Source of the DNA: an uncultured Spirochaetota bacterium
Lineage (GTDB): Bacteria; Spirochaetota; B62-G9; DRHN01
DNA: 64,000 nt
NCBI GenBank assembly: GCA_964433545.1
Contig: CAYSRJ010000014.1
Span: 10,611 to 74,610, forward strand
Direction: 5' to 3'
The notes under the pieces are model-generated. The model was given only the letters and a program-made list of their open reading frames with translations. It was not told where the DNA came from and ran no database searches. Both the position numbers and the translations under genes were made by a program. This document shows, piece by piece, positions 27,971 through 37,445 of this stretch (positions are counted from its first letter, which is position 1; the number at the start of each line of letters is the position of its first letter).

Positions 27971-30900
27971 ATGCATTATGCTGGTTATGTATTCGGCAAG
28001 ACGCTTGAGGATATCGATCCGACTATAGCAGGAATCGTAGAATTCGAGGAGGCGCGGCAGGCAAGAAAAATTATTCTCATTCCCTCCGAGAGCATATGCC
28101 CGGCGCCTGTGCTCAGAGCGCTTGGCTCTTCCTTTAATAACGTATATGCGGAAGGATATCCCTCTCGTTTCATGGAGGGTGAAGATGAGCCGACTCTGGC
28201 TGACATTGATTTCCAGCTCACCCGGTATAGGCGGTACGCGGACAGGCGGTTCTACAAGGGGTGTGAGTATGCAGATCTCGTCGAGAAGATCGCGGCGCGC
28301 AGGGCGGCACAGCTGTTTCGGACCAGGAAGAATTCACCTGAAAATATTTTTATCAATGTTCAGCCGCTCTCGGGTTCGATTGCAGTGAGCGCCGTATACG
28401 ATGCCTTTGTACAGCCCGGTGAAACCGTGATGGGTATGTCACTGATGCACGGTGGGCATCTCACCCACGGAAGCGAGTTCAACAGGTCTGGAAAACAGCA
28501 CCGAATCGTCTCCTACGAGGTTGATCCCGTATCGGGGAGGCTCGACTACTCCCGTATCATCGATCTTGCCGCTACACATAGGCCGCGGATGATTATTGCA
28601 GGCTATACCTCGTACCCCTGGGCCCCGGACTGGAAAAAATTCAGGAAGGCTGCTGATAGTGCCGGGGCAATACTGCTGGCCGATATTTCTCACCCGGCGG
28701 GGATGGTTACAGCCGGTGTATACCCAAATCCGGTCGATTATGCGGATGTTGTTGTATTCACCACGCATAAAACACTGTTCGGTCCCCGTGGCGCGGTCAT
28801 CATGACCACAAACAGGGAGTACGCTGAACGTATTGATCAGGCGGTGTTCCCCGGTGAGCAGGGGGGGCCCCACGTGAACAAGTTTGCAGCAATGGCGGTG
28901 GCATTCGGAATCGCAGGAAGTAGTGCATTTAAAAAAGTACAGAAGGATATTGTTGAAAACGCGCATTTTCTCGGACAGGTGCTCGAGCGAAACGGGCTGA
29001 AACTCGCCTACGGCGGAACAGATACCCATCTTCTTCTTCTCGACCTCAATTCGGTTGAAACGAAGAGCGGTTTTCCGCTCAAAGGTGAGATAGCTGTTCG
29101 AATCCTGGACCTTTGCGGGATCGTCGCCAACAAGAACACCATACCGGGCGACACAGCAACAGCCGAAGCGAGTGGCGTGCGTATCGGCACACCGTGGATC
29201 ACGCAAAGAGGAATAACGAGGACTGGGCTCGAGGAGTTAGGCGTTCTCATAGCAAAGACAATTAAAAACATACAGCCTTTCACCTACAGAGGGATCACCG
29301 GCGACCTGCCGAGAGGCAAGATTGACCTCGATCTGCTTGTCGATATACAAAGTCGCGTGGCGTCTCTTGCCGGGAGCCTCGAAAAACAGAAAGATGCAGC
29401 GGTAATGGGTTACCCCCAGTATGGCTTGCAGTCTGCAAAAGAAACTGCAGACAGCGCACATCACTTTTGCTCAATCCTGATTAAAGGGGAACGTTCTCCT
29501 CTGTTTCTTGAAGGGGTTTCCACACGTGCGATCAGCACATCTATACAGGGTAATGCAGTCGAAACCTTTTTACTCGGGGGTGACGGTACGCTTATTTCGC
29601 AGGCTGTTGTGGTAAGACTTTCTCCCGATAAAAGGGGGAAAGATCGATTTCTCCTCGTGTGCCCGGGTGAAACCTGTCAAAAGGTCCTGACCTGGCTCAG
29701 GGGCCTGTCCGACGGATACATCGCTTTTGATCCTCGTGATATTTTCAGAAAGATTGATGGCCCTGTTGTGATCAGGGAGCATGATGAGTGCAGTGAAGAC
29801 GAGAAACATGAGATCGAAGGTATGCTTGAAACGATTTCGCCACATCTGAAAATAGAGCAGAAAATAAAGGGGAAAAATTCCTCATCTTTCAAACCGGGGG
29901 CAGAGTCCCAGGAACTATATAGACAGCGGCCGGATTGCTTTGATGTTTCAAAGCCCTATTTTATCGGCATGCATGCTCTGGGTCGTGCGGCGAAAAATAC
30001 CGGTAAGAAAATTTTCCGCCCGGCAGAAGTGCTTCATAATAAACCAGGTGCAGGGAAACAAGGTGCAAAGCCGAGCTGTCTCTACGCGGAACACCTGAAG
30101 CTCAGGGCGCATATGGTTGCCTTTGCAGGATGGGAAATGCCGGTACGGTACGAGCGGATAATCGATGAGCACAGGGCTGTGCGACAGAACGCCGGGCTGT
30201 TCGATATCAGTCATATGGGTATTCTTGAGGTAAGTGGCAGGTTTTCAACACAGTTTCTTGATACGGTATACAGCAACTATGTCCCCTGGATAAAAACAGG
30301 GGAATCGATGTACGGGTACCTGCTTGACCCGGATGGCCACACGATCGATGATATCATGATTTACAAACTAGGCCATGAGAGATACATTGTGGTCGTAAAT
30401 GCGGCAAACAGTGACGTCGATATCAGGTGGCTCAATGCGGTAAATGAAAAAGCAGTTTGTATTGATGCCGATGTGCCGGTTCGGGAAATAATCGGTGATG
30501 TAGTTATTCGGAACCTCAAGGATATTCAGGCTGTCGGATCTGATGCGCGTGTCGGCATGGCCCTTCAGGGACCGGCCTCTTTGAAAGCCCTGTGCGCTCT
30601 CACCGACGCGGTCGGGACACAAATTTCACGCCTTGAGAAATCGACTTTTATTCAGTGTGAGATCGGCGGTTGCGATGTTCTGGTATCGAGGACAGGCTAT
30701 ACGGGGGAGGAGATAGGGTATGAGATCATGGTTCATCCAGACAGTGCGTCTCTTCTTTGGAACAGCCTACTCGATGTGGGTAGACCGTACGGAGTAAAGC
30801 CTGCGGGTCTTGGGGCGCGCGATTCTCTCAGAATCGAAGCAGGCCTCCCCCTGCATGGCCATGAGCTTGCAGGACCCTGGGATATAACTCCCCTGGAGGC

Positions 30901-31273
30901 AGGATTCGGCCCCTATGTAAAGTTTCACAAGGCTTTTTTCATCGGGAGAGACGCCTTTTTGCAGCGTATGAAGAAATCTACGATGGAGGTCGTACGTTTC
31001 AAGGTACGGACACGCGGTGTGCGCATGGCGAAAACGGGTGACTGCGTGGTTGAAATCAGAAGCCAGCGTATTATCGGCAGGGTGACGAGCTGCGCACAGG
31101 GAACCGATGAGCTGCAGGTCGGTATGGCGTATATCGACACCCGGTTTTCACGGGAGGGGACTCTGATAGGTATTATCAGTGCCTTTTCGGAAAATGAGAA
31201 AACTGTTTCCGGAAAAATCGGAGAAAAGTATCATCTACATATCGATGCCGGGATAATCAGCAGGTTTCCTTAG
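27971..31273 (+). CDS. fused serine hydroxymethyltransferase (N-terminal, about aa 1-460) - unknown middle region (about 200 aa) - aminomethyltransferase GcvT (C-terminal, about aa 690-1100)
   Basis: N-terminal SHMT segments (NVYAEGYP, LMHGGHLTHGS, TTHKTLFGPRG, VFPGEQGGPH). C-terminal GcvT segments (MPVRYERIIDEHRAVRQNAGLFDISHM, SRTGYTGEEIGYEI, GLGARDSLRIEAGLPL). A single continuous 1100-codon frame. Confidence 0.7.
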   Translation: MHYAGYVFGKTLEDIDPTIAGIVEFEEARQARKIILIPSESICPAPVLRALGSSFNNVYAEGYPSRFMEGEDEPTLADIDFQLTRYRRYADRRFYKGCEYADLVEKIAARRAAQLFRTRKNSPENIFINVQPLSGSIAVSAVYDAFVQPGETVMGMSLMHGGHLTHGSEFNRSGKQHRIVSYEVDPVSGRLDYSRIIDLAATHRPRMIIAGYTSYPWAPDWKKFRKAADSAGAILLADISHPAGMVTAGVYPNPVDYADVVVFTTHKTLFGPRGAVIMTTNREYAERIDQAVFPGEQGGPHVNKFAAMAVAFGIAGSSAFKKVQKDIVENAHFLGQVLERNGLKLAYGGTDTHLLLLDLNSVETKSGFPLKGEIAVRILDLCGIVANKNTIPGDTATAEASGVRIGTPWITQRGITRTGLEELGVLIAKTIKNIQPFTYRGITGDLPRGKIDLDLLVDIQSRVASLAGSLEKQKDAAVMGYPQYGLQSAKETADSAHHFCSILIKGERSPLFLEGVSTRAISTSIQGNAVETFLLGGDGTLISQAVVVRLSPDKRGKDRFLLVCPGETCQKVLTWLRGLSDGYIAFDPRDIFRKIDGPVVIREHDECSEDEKHEIEGMLETISPHLKIEQKIKGKNSSSFKPGAESQELYRQRPDCFDVSKPYFIGMHALGRAAKNTGKKIFRPAEVLHNKPGAGKQGAKPSCLYAEHLKLRAHMVAFAGWEMPVRYERIIDEHRAVRQNAGLFDISHMGILEVSGRFSTQFLDTVYSNYVPWIKTGESMYGYLLDPDGHTIDDIMIYKLGHERYIVVVNAANSDVDIRWLNAVNEKAVCIDADVPVREIIGDVVIRNLKDIQAVGSDARVGMALQGPASLKALCALTDAVGTQISRLEKSTFIQCEIGGCDVLVSRTGYTGEEIGYEIMVHPDSASLLWNSLLDVGRPYGVKPAGLGARDSLRIEAGLPLHGHELAGPWDITPLEAGFGPYVKFHKAFFIGRDAFLQRMKKSTMEVVRFKVRTRGVRMAKTGDCVVEIRSQRIIGRVTSCAQGTDELQVGMAYIDTRFSREGTLIGIISAFSENEKTVSGKIGEKYHLHIDAGIISRFP

Positions 31274-31314
31274 AAGGGTTTAGCGCTGAACAAAACATCT
31301 ACCGGGGGTATACC

Positions 31315-32541
31315 ATGGCAACAATTAAAGCATTCAGGGCGCTTGCCCCTGCACCAGAAAAGGCGCGGGCGGTTTCGAGTGTTCCGTACGATGTAGTAAC
31401 TGTTGAAGAGGCGAAAAATATGGCTGAGGGGAATCCGCTCAGCTTCCTTCATGTCATTCGTCCTGAAATAGATCTACCTGAGGGTATGAATCCATACGAC
31501 CCTGCGGTGTACCAGAAGGCCGCTCAAAATTTCCATACCCTGCGGCAAAAAAATCTTCTAATTCAGGACGACAGTCCTGTCCTGTATATCTACCGGCTGC
31601 AGGTAAACAGCCATGAGCAGACTGGTGTTGCGGGTTGCTGCCGGGTCGATGAATATGACCGTGACATTATTAAAAAACATGAACATACCAGGAAGGAAAA
31701 GGAGGATGACCGGGTCCGGCATATGCTCGCTCTCTCTGCCCATGCAGGACCTGTACTTATGACCTATCGGGGGATCCGGCATCTTGATGCATTGATCGAT
31801 CGCGAGAGAAAAAATGCTCCTCTCCATGATTTTACTGCCGTCGACGGTGTCCGGCATACGGTCTGGCGGGCTGAAAATTCTGAAGAGATAGAGGCTGTTT
31901 TTAAAGAGGTGCCTTATTTGTATATTGCAGATGGTCATCACCGGGCTGCAGGTGCGAGCCGAGTCCGGGAGGAAATGAGGAAAAAAAATATTGGTCGCGG
32001 TGACGACTCTTCAGCAGAGTACAATTTTTTTCTTGCCGTGCTCTTTCCATCTGAACAGCTCAGGATACTTTCGTACAACAGGCATGTCAGCGATCTCAAC
32101 GGACGAAGTGAAAAAGATTTTATGAAAGAAGTAAAAGCCCGATTCGATGTAGCTGAAACGACGAATCCTGCTCCAGCGCAAAAGGGTGTTTTTTGCATGT
32201 ATCTTGAAGGAACCTGGTTCAGCCTTACCGCTGCCGGAGATGTGAGCTCGAATGATCCTGTAAGTGCGCTCGATCTGAGCATATTTCAGAGACTGCTTTT
32301 AGAGCCGATACTCGGGATTATGGATCAGAAGAAGGACCGGCGCATCGATTTTGCCGGCGGTTCGGACAGCACCGAAAAACTCAAGGGGCTTGTCGATAAA
32401 AAGGGCGGGGTTGCATTTTCATTTTATCCTGTGGGCGCCGAGGAGCTTCTTGCGGTTGCCGATGCCGGCATGGTAATGCCGCCAAAATCGACCTGGTTTT
32501 CACCGAAGCTTCGGTCCGGGCTGCTCGTTCATCTATTCTGA
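31315..32541 (+). CDS. DUF1015 domain-containing protein (function unknown)
   Basis: 408 aa. Architecture and motifs (YIADGHHR) match the DUF1015 family, which commonly neighbours serA/serC. Confidence 0.55.
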   Translation: MATIKAFRALAPAPEKARAVSSVPYDVVTVEEAKNMAEGNPLSFLHVIRPEIDLPEGMNPYDPAVYQKAAQNFHTLRQKNLLIQDDSPVLYIYRLQVNSHEQTGVAGCCRVDEYDRDIIKKHEHTRKEKEDDRVRHMLALSAHAGPVLMTYRGIRHLDALIDRERKNAPLHDFTAVDGVRHTVWRAENSEEIEAVFKEVPYLYIADGHHRAAGASRVREEMRKKNIGRGDDSSAEYNFFLAVLFPSEQLRILSYNRHVSDLNGRSEKDFMKEVKARFDVAETTNPAPAQKGVFCMYLEGTWFSLTAAGDVSSNDPVSALDLSIFQRLLLEPILGIMDQKKDRRIDFAGGSDSTEKLKGLVDKKGGVAFSFYPVGAEELLAVADAGMVMPPKSTWFSPKLRSGLLVHLF

Positions 32542-32640
32542 CTATAAAGGCGAGCTAAGTGTGTCGGTATTCTTCGATCATATAAAAGGGGCACCTTAAG
32601 TAAATACCGGGGATTTTGAAGCTGTAAAAGGAGGTGGAAC

Positions 32641-33858
32641 ATGTCCATGAAGGTTTTAATTGCAGACAAGTTCCCAGATGAAAAGATCGATGAGTTGAGA
32701 AGTCTCGGATGCGAGACCATGTATGACCAGTCTCTCAAGGATGATTCGCTGCTTTCTGCTCTTCATACGCAGCAACCGGATGTGCTCATTGTACGTTCTA
32801 CTAAAGTGGACGCTGATATGATTAAAGCAGACAGGGGGCTGAACCTCATTATCAGGGCCGGCTCAGGGGTAAATACCATCGATGTAGAAACCGCATCGGC
32901 TAGGAGCATATACGTTGCCAACTGTCCCGGAAAAAATGCTGTGGCTGTTGCTGAGCTTGCGTTCGGGTTGATTCTTGCTCTGGACAGGAAGATTCCGGAC
33001 AATGTAATCCAGTTGAGGGACGGGAGGTGGAACAAGAAGGAATTTTCAAAGGCGAGCGGGATCAGCGGACGGACGCTTGGTGTGGTCGGTGTAGGCAGGA
33101 TCGGTAAAGAGGTCATTTCAAGGGCGCGGGCGTTCGGTATGCATGTGATTGCATGGAGCAGGTCCCTCGACCAACAGAAGGCCCGGCTTCTCGGCATCGA
33201 TTATCGAAAGAGTCCTGAGGCCCTGGCTCGCGATGCGGATATCGTGACGATTCACCTTGCACTTACCTCGGAAACCACTGGTCGTATTGGAAATACCTTC
33301 TTTCAGGCGATGAAACCAGGCGCCTGTTTCATCAATACATCGAGGGCTGAAGTCGTCGATGAACGGGCATTGTTGCTGGCCATAGCTGAAAAAGGAATAC
33401 GGGCCGGACTTGACGTTTTTGCAGAAGAACCCGCGGCGAAGGAAGGCGAGATTAAAAGTTCACTCACCGAATCTCCGAATGTGTACGGTACACATCATAT
33501 CGGTGCATCCACCGAGCAGGCGCAGAATGCTGTTGCAGACGAAACCATACATATCCTGCGGGAGTTTCTCCGAACTGGAAAGGTTGCCAATTGTGTGAAT
33601 CTCATGGAACGAACCCCCGCTCGCTGGATGCTTTCTGTTCATCACAAGAATCGTGTCGGGGTGCTTGCAGGAGTTCTTGATATTATTCGGGATGCTGGCA
33701 TAAATATCGAAACAATGGAGAATATTATTTTCAAGGGAGCAGACGGCGCCTGCGCGCGTATTCAGCTTGATGGTAAGATTTTAGACCGGAACATCAAGAA
33801 AATTGAAAACAGCAATGAAGATATACTATACGTATCGCAAGTAGAACTGGGAAGGTGA
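32641..33858 (+). CDS. serA: D-3-phosphoglycerate dehydrogenase (2-hydroxyacid dehydrogenase with C-terminal ACT domain)
   Basis: NAD-binding GVVGVGRIGKEV, catalytic R/E/H region and a C-terminal ACT-like segment. RBS AGGAGGTG. Confidence 0.8.
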   Translation: MSMKVLIADKFPDEKIDELRSLGCETMYDQSLKDDSLLSALHTQQPDVLIVRSTKVDADMIKADRGLNLIIRAGSGVNTIDVETASARSIYVANCPGKNAVAVAELAFGLILALDRKIPDNVIQLRDGRWNKKEFSKASGISGRTLGVVGVGRIGKEVISRARAFGMHVIAWSRSLDQQKARLLGIDYRKSPEALARDADIVTIHLALTSETTGRIGNTFFQAMKPGACFINTSRAEVVDERALLLAIAEKGIRAGLDVFAEEPAAKEGEIKSSLTESPNVYGTHHIGASTEQAQNAVADETIHILREFLRTGKVANCVNLMERTPARWMLSVHHKNRVGVLAGVLDIIRDAGINIETMENIIFKGADGACARIQLDGKILDRNIKKIENSNEDILYVSQVELGR

Positions 33859-33892
33859 GTCGCGGTTCAAGCGCGCGAAAGAGGAGGCGGTT

Positions 33893-34288
33893 ATGAAGTT
33901 TCCGGAAAATTTACGTTATACCGATGAGCATGAATGGATTTTACAGGATGGAAGTTTGGTGACGGTGGGTATTACGGATTATGCTCAGGGCCGGCTGGGT
34001 GATGTTGTATTCGTCGAAATGCCTGCAATCGGAACAAGGCTCAAACGGGGAGAAGCTGTCGGCGTCGTAGAATCCGTGAAAGCGGCATCGGATGTGTATG
34101 CACCTGTGGGTGGGGAGGTGGTCGAAACGAACGAGACTCTAATCGAGCATCCCGAATACGTCAATCTTTCTCCCTATAACGACGGCTGGATGGTGAGAAT
34201 TAAAATGAACGAACCATCCGAGATATCTCAACTGATGGACGGCGGCGCATACGGTGAGCTCGTAAAAAAAGAGTCTAAGGAAGGCTGA
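33893..34288 (+). CDS. gcvH: glycine cleavage system H protein
   Basis: 131 aa. Lipoyl-lysine motif ESVKAASDV. Confidence 0.9.
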   Translation: MKFPENLRYTDEHEWILQDGSLVTVGITDYAQGRLGDVVFVEMPAIGTRLKRGEAVGVVESVKAASDVYAPVGGEVVETNETLIEHPEYVNLSPYNDGWMVRIKMNEPSEISQLMDGGAYGELVKKESKEG

Positions 34289-34418
34289 AGCACATACTCG
34301 GCGTCGATCTACCTGGATTTAACAATTTTTGAGATATTACGGTTTGGTTGAATCGCCAGGTCGATGCTGAATGGGAATCGGCGGCATAGTACCGGTGTGT
34401 GATGAGAGGAGCGAATCG

Positions 34419-35765
34419 ATGAGTTATATTCCGAATACCGATGAAGATATTCACGATATGCTCCGGCTTATAGGATGCAGGGATGTTTCAGACCTGTTTT
34501 CACACATACCCGAAGATTTACAATTTAGTGAAGAACTTGATCTCCCGAAACCGCTTTCCGAACCCGACCTTGTTCGGCACATGCGGGGCCTGAGCATGAA
34601 GAACGCCCACCTGCGTGAATACTCCTCTTTTCTCGGCGGCGGTCTGTACAACCACTATATTCCTTCGGCTGTAAGCCAGCTTGCAGCACGTTCGGAGTTT
34701 TATACTTCCTATACTCCATATCAACCGGAGGTAAGCCAGGGAACACTGCAGGCCATATTCGAGTACCAGTCGCTTATGTGCTCACTTTCCGGTATGGATG
34801 TTTCTAATGCTTCGGTGTATGACGGGGCAACGAGTGTTGCCGAGGCGGTGCTCATGGGACTCAGGATAAACAGGCGAAATACAGTTATCCTGTCCAGATC
34901 CTTGAACCCGCAGTACCGCGCGGTGATAGAGACGTACATGAAAGGGCATGCGAAGATACTCGAAACTCCATGGGACAAACATGGGGTAACGGATATCAAA
35001 AAACTCTCGGCAATGCTCGATGAATCCGTATCAAGCGTTGTGCTTCAGTCACCTAACTTCTTTGGGATTCTCGAAGACCTACAGAAGTTTGAAAAAGAGG
35101 TACACGCGCAGGGCGCGCTTTTTATCGCCGTGTTTTCAGAGCCGCTTGCCTTCGGAATAATCAACCCACCCGGTGTGTACAATGCGGATATCGCCTGCGG
35201 TGAGGGACAGAGCCTTGGAATTCCTCCCGGGTACGGCGGACCGCTGCTCGGTATACTCACCTGCAAGAGGGATTTCATTCGCAGCATGCCGGGGCGTATT
35301 GCAGGCATGTCCGTCGACCGGAAAGGAAACAGGGCGTTCGTGCTCACTCTGACGGCGCGCGAACAGCATATACGGCGTGAAAAGGCGACGTCGAATATCT
35401 GCACCAATCAGGGGTTATGTGCGCTGACGGCTGCACTGTATCTGAGCGCATTGGGAAAGAAGGGATTTCAACGCGTCGGTCTGCTTAATTATGAGCGTGC
35501 CGAATACGCTAAGAAGGTTTTTGCCGGGGTCAGCGGATTCAGATTGAAGTTCAACGCGCCTACATTCAACGAATTTGTTCTCGAAACCGACCTGAATGTT
35601 GAAAAACTCATGCAGCACGCAATCGAGAAGAAGTTTATTCCCGGGCTGTCTCTTTCACCTTATTATAAGGAGCTTACAAACTGTCTGCTGGTAAACGTTA
35701 CTGAGATGAACACAAAAAAAGAGATCGATTCACTTGGCACCGTCTTGAGTGAATGCGGAAAGTAA
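34419..35765 (+). CDS. gcvPA: glycine dehydrogenase (decarboxylating) subunit 1
   Basis: Split-type P-protein N-terminal subunit. ATG preceded by GAGAGGAG. Confidence 0.85.
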   Translation: MSYIPNTDEDIHDMLRLIGCRDVSDLFSHIPEDLQFSEELDLPKPLSEPDLVRHMRGLSMKNAHLREYSSFLGGGLYNHYIPSAVSQLAARSEFYTSYTPYQPEVSQGTLQAIFEYQSLMCSLSGMDVSNASVYDGATSVAEAVLMGLRINRRNTVILSRSLNPQYRAVIETYMKGHAKILETPWDKHGVTDIKKLSAMLDESVSSVVLQSPNFFGILEDLQKFEKEVHAQGALFIAVFSEPLAFGIINPPGVYNADIACGEGQSLGIPPGYGGPLLGILTCKRDFIRSMPGRIAGMSVDRKGNRAFVLTLTAREQHIRREKATSNICTNQGLCALTAALYLSALGKKGFQRVGLLNYERAEYAKKVFAGVSGFRLKFNAPTFNEFVLETDLNVEKLMQHAIEKKFIPGLSLSPYYKELTNCLLVNVTEMNTKKEIDSLGTVLSECGK

Positions 35766-35783
35766 TAAAACCGGAGAACGTAC

Positions 35784-37268
35784 GTGGACATTTCATTGGA
35801 TAAAGAAACGGCTTTTGCAGAAGAGCCGCTTGTTTTTGAAAAGGGATCGCCGGGAAGAACCGCTGTCGAGCTCCCCGAGACCTGGAATAATGAAACCCTG
35901 CTGAAGAAATCGCTGCCTCCATCGATGATCCGAAATTCCTTCGAAGGGTTTCCAGAGATAAGCCAGGTCGAACTTGTCAGGCATTTCACGAGGCTTTCAC
36001 AGTGGAACTACGGGCTCGACACCGGGTTCTATCCCCTTGGTTCGTGTACCATGAAGTATAATCCGAAGGTCCATGAAGACATCGTGAAGCTCGAGGGTTT
36101 CAGCTTCATCCACCCCCTGCAACCGGAGGAGCTTGCACAGGGTGCTTTGCAGATTATGTACGAGCTTGAAAGATACCTGGCTTCTATCACCGGAATGGAC
36201 AGGGTTACGCTGCAGCCTGCGGCCGGAGCGCACGGGGAACTGACCGGCATGACTATGATACGGGCCTATTTTACGGACCGGGGAGAGAAACGGACAAAGG
36301 TGCTTATCCCTGATACAGCACACGGCACAAACCCCGCGAGTGTGAGTATGTGCGGGTTTACACCGGTGCCGATCAAATCGGGGAAAGGAGGGTGGCTGGA
36401 AGCTGCTGCGGTCGATGCGGTAATGGACGAAAACACCGCGGCGATCATGATCACCAACCCGAATACACTCGGAATATTCGAGGAGGAGATGGGCAGGATT
36501 GCAGAAATAGTACACAGTAAGGGCGGGCTTTTGTATATAGACGGTGCAAATCTCAACGCACTTATGGGAATTGTCCGCTTCGGGGATATCGGGTGTGATG
36601 TGCTTCACATGAATCTGCACAAGACCTTTTCAACTCCGCATGGCGGCGGGGGTCCCGGAGCCGGACCTGTTGCAGTCAAAGATACACTCGCCTCGTTTCT
36701 CCCTGTGCCCGTTATCGAGAAGAAAGACGATGTATTCAGCCTCGATTACGATCTTAAAAAATCGATCGGCAGGGTAAAAAGCTTTTACGGCAATTTTCTC
36801 GTCTGCGTCAGGGCGTATGCGTATATACGAACCCTGGGCTGGGCGGGACTGAAGAGGGTATCTCAGACAGCGGTGGTAAACGCGAACTACCTGCGTAAGA
36901 GGCTCGAGAGATATTTTTTCCTTCCATATAAAACACCGTGTATGCATGAGTGCGTCTTTACCGACAGGGAGCAGCAAAAACACGGTGTCAGCACACTTGA
37001 TATTGCGAAACGGCTCATCGATTACGAATTTCACCCGCCGACTATTTACTTTCCCCTCGTTGTGCATGGTGCGCTCATGGTCGAACCGACGGAAACCGAA
37101 AGCAGGGTAACGCTTGATCGTTTCATAGATGCAATGATAGCTATTGCTGATGAAGCGGAGAAATCCCCCGATATACTGCACAATGCACCGCAGAGGGTGA
37201 AAATAACGAGAGTCGATGAGGTACAGGCAGCGAGAAAGCCGATACTTCGATGGAAGGATATGAAATAG
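35784..37268 (+). CDS. gcvPB: glycine dehydrogenase (decarboxylating) subunit 2
   Basis: PLP-lysine region HMNLHKTFSTPHGGGGPGAGP. GTG start after GGAGAA. Confidence 0.85.
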   Translation: MDISLDKETAFAEEPLVFEKGSPGRTAVELPETWNNETLLKKSLPPSMIRNSFEGFPEISQVELVRHFTRLSQWNYGLDTGFYPLGSCTMKYNPKVHEDIVKLEGFSFIHPLQPEELAQGALQIMYELERYLASITGMDRVTLQPAAGAHGELTGMTMIRAYFTDRGEKRTKVLIPDTAHGTNPASVSMCGFTPVPIKSGKGGWLEAAAVDAVMDENTAAIMITNPNTLGIFEEEMGRIAEIVHSKGGLLYIDGANLNALMGIVRFGDIGCDVLHMNLHKTFSTPHGGGGPGAGPVAVKDTLASFLPVPVIEKKDDVFSLDYDLKKSIGRVKSFYGNFLVCVRAYAYIRTLGWAGLKRVSQTAVVNANYLRKRLERYFFLPYKTPCMHECVFTDREQQKHGVSTLDIAKRLIDYEFHPPTIYFPLVVHGALMVEPTETESRVTLDRFIDAMIAIADEAEKSPDILHNAPQRVKITRVDEVQAARKPILRWKDMK

Positions 37269-37445
37269 GAACCTTAGAAGTGGTGTGAATCCCCCCGGGG
37301 AATGACATTTGCGGGACGTGCCATTTCGAGGTCGATCCTTGACAGGGCTCGGTATCACAACTATCTTAATAAAAGTTACTTAGAAATGGAACCATTTCGC
37401 GGCCGAGTATTACAACTATCTTAATCCAAGGTACTTAGAAACAGC
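37269..37445. repeat. degenerate composite copies of the REP/MITE-like family in the convergent gcvPB/HDAC intergenic region
   Basis: CTTAGAAG at 37273. CCCCCCGGGG box at 37291. AAGTTACTTAGAA at 37373. TTTCGCGGCCGAGTAT at 37395. Direct 16-mer duplication CACAACTATCTTAAT at 37356 and 37412. Confidence 0.5.

Noticed and set aside
35997-37358. Long minus-strand ORFs (207 aa, 242 aa) overlapping gcvPB
   Set aside because: They are antisense shadow frames of a well-conserved gcvPB gene, with Cys/Arg/His-rich low-complexity translations and no motifs.
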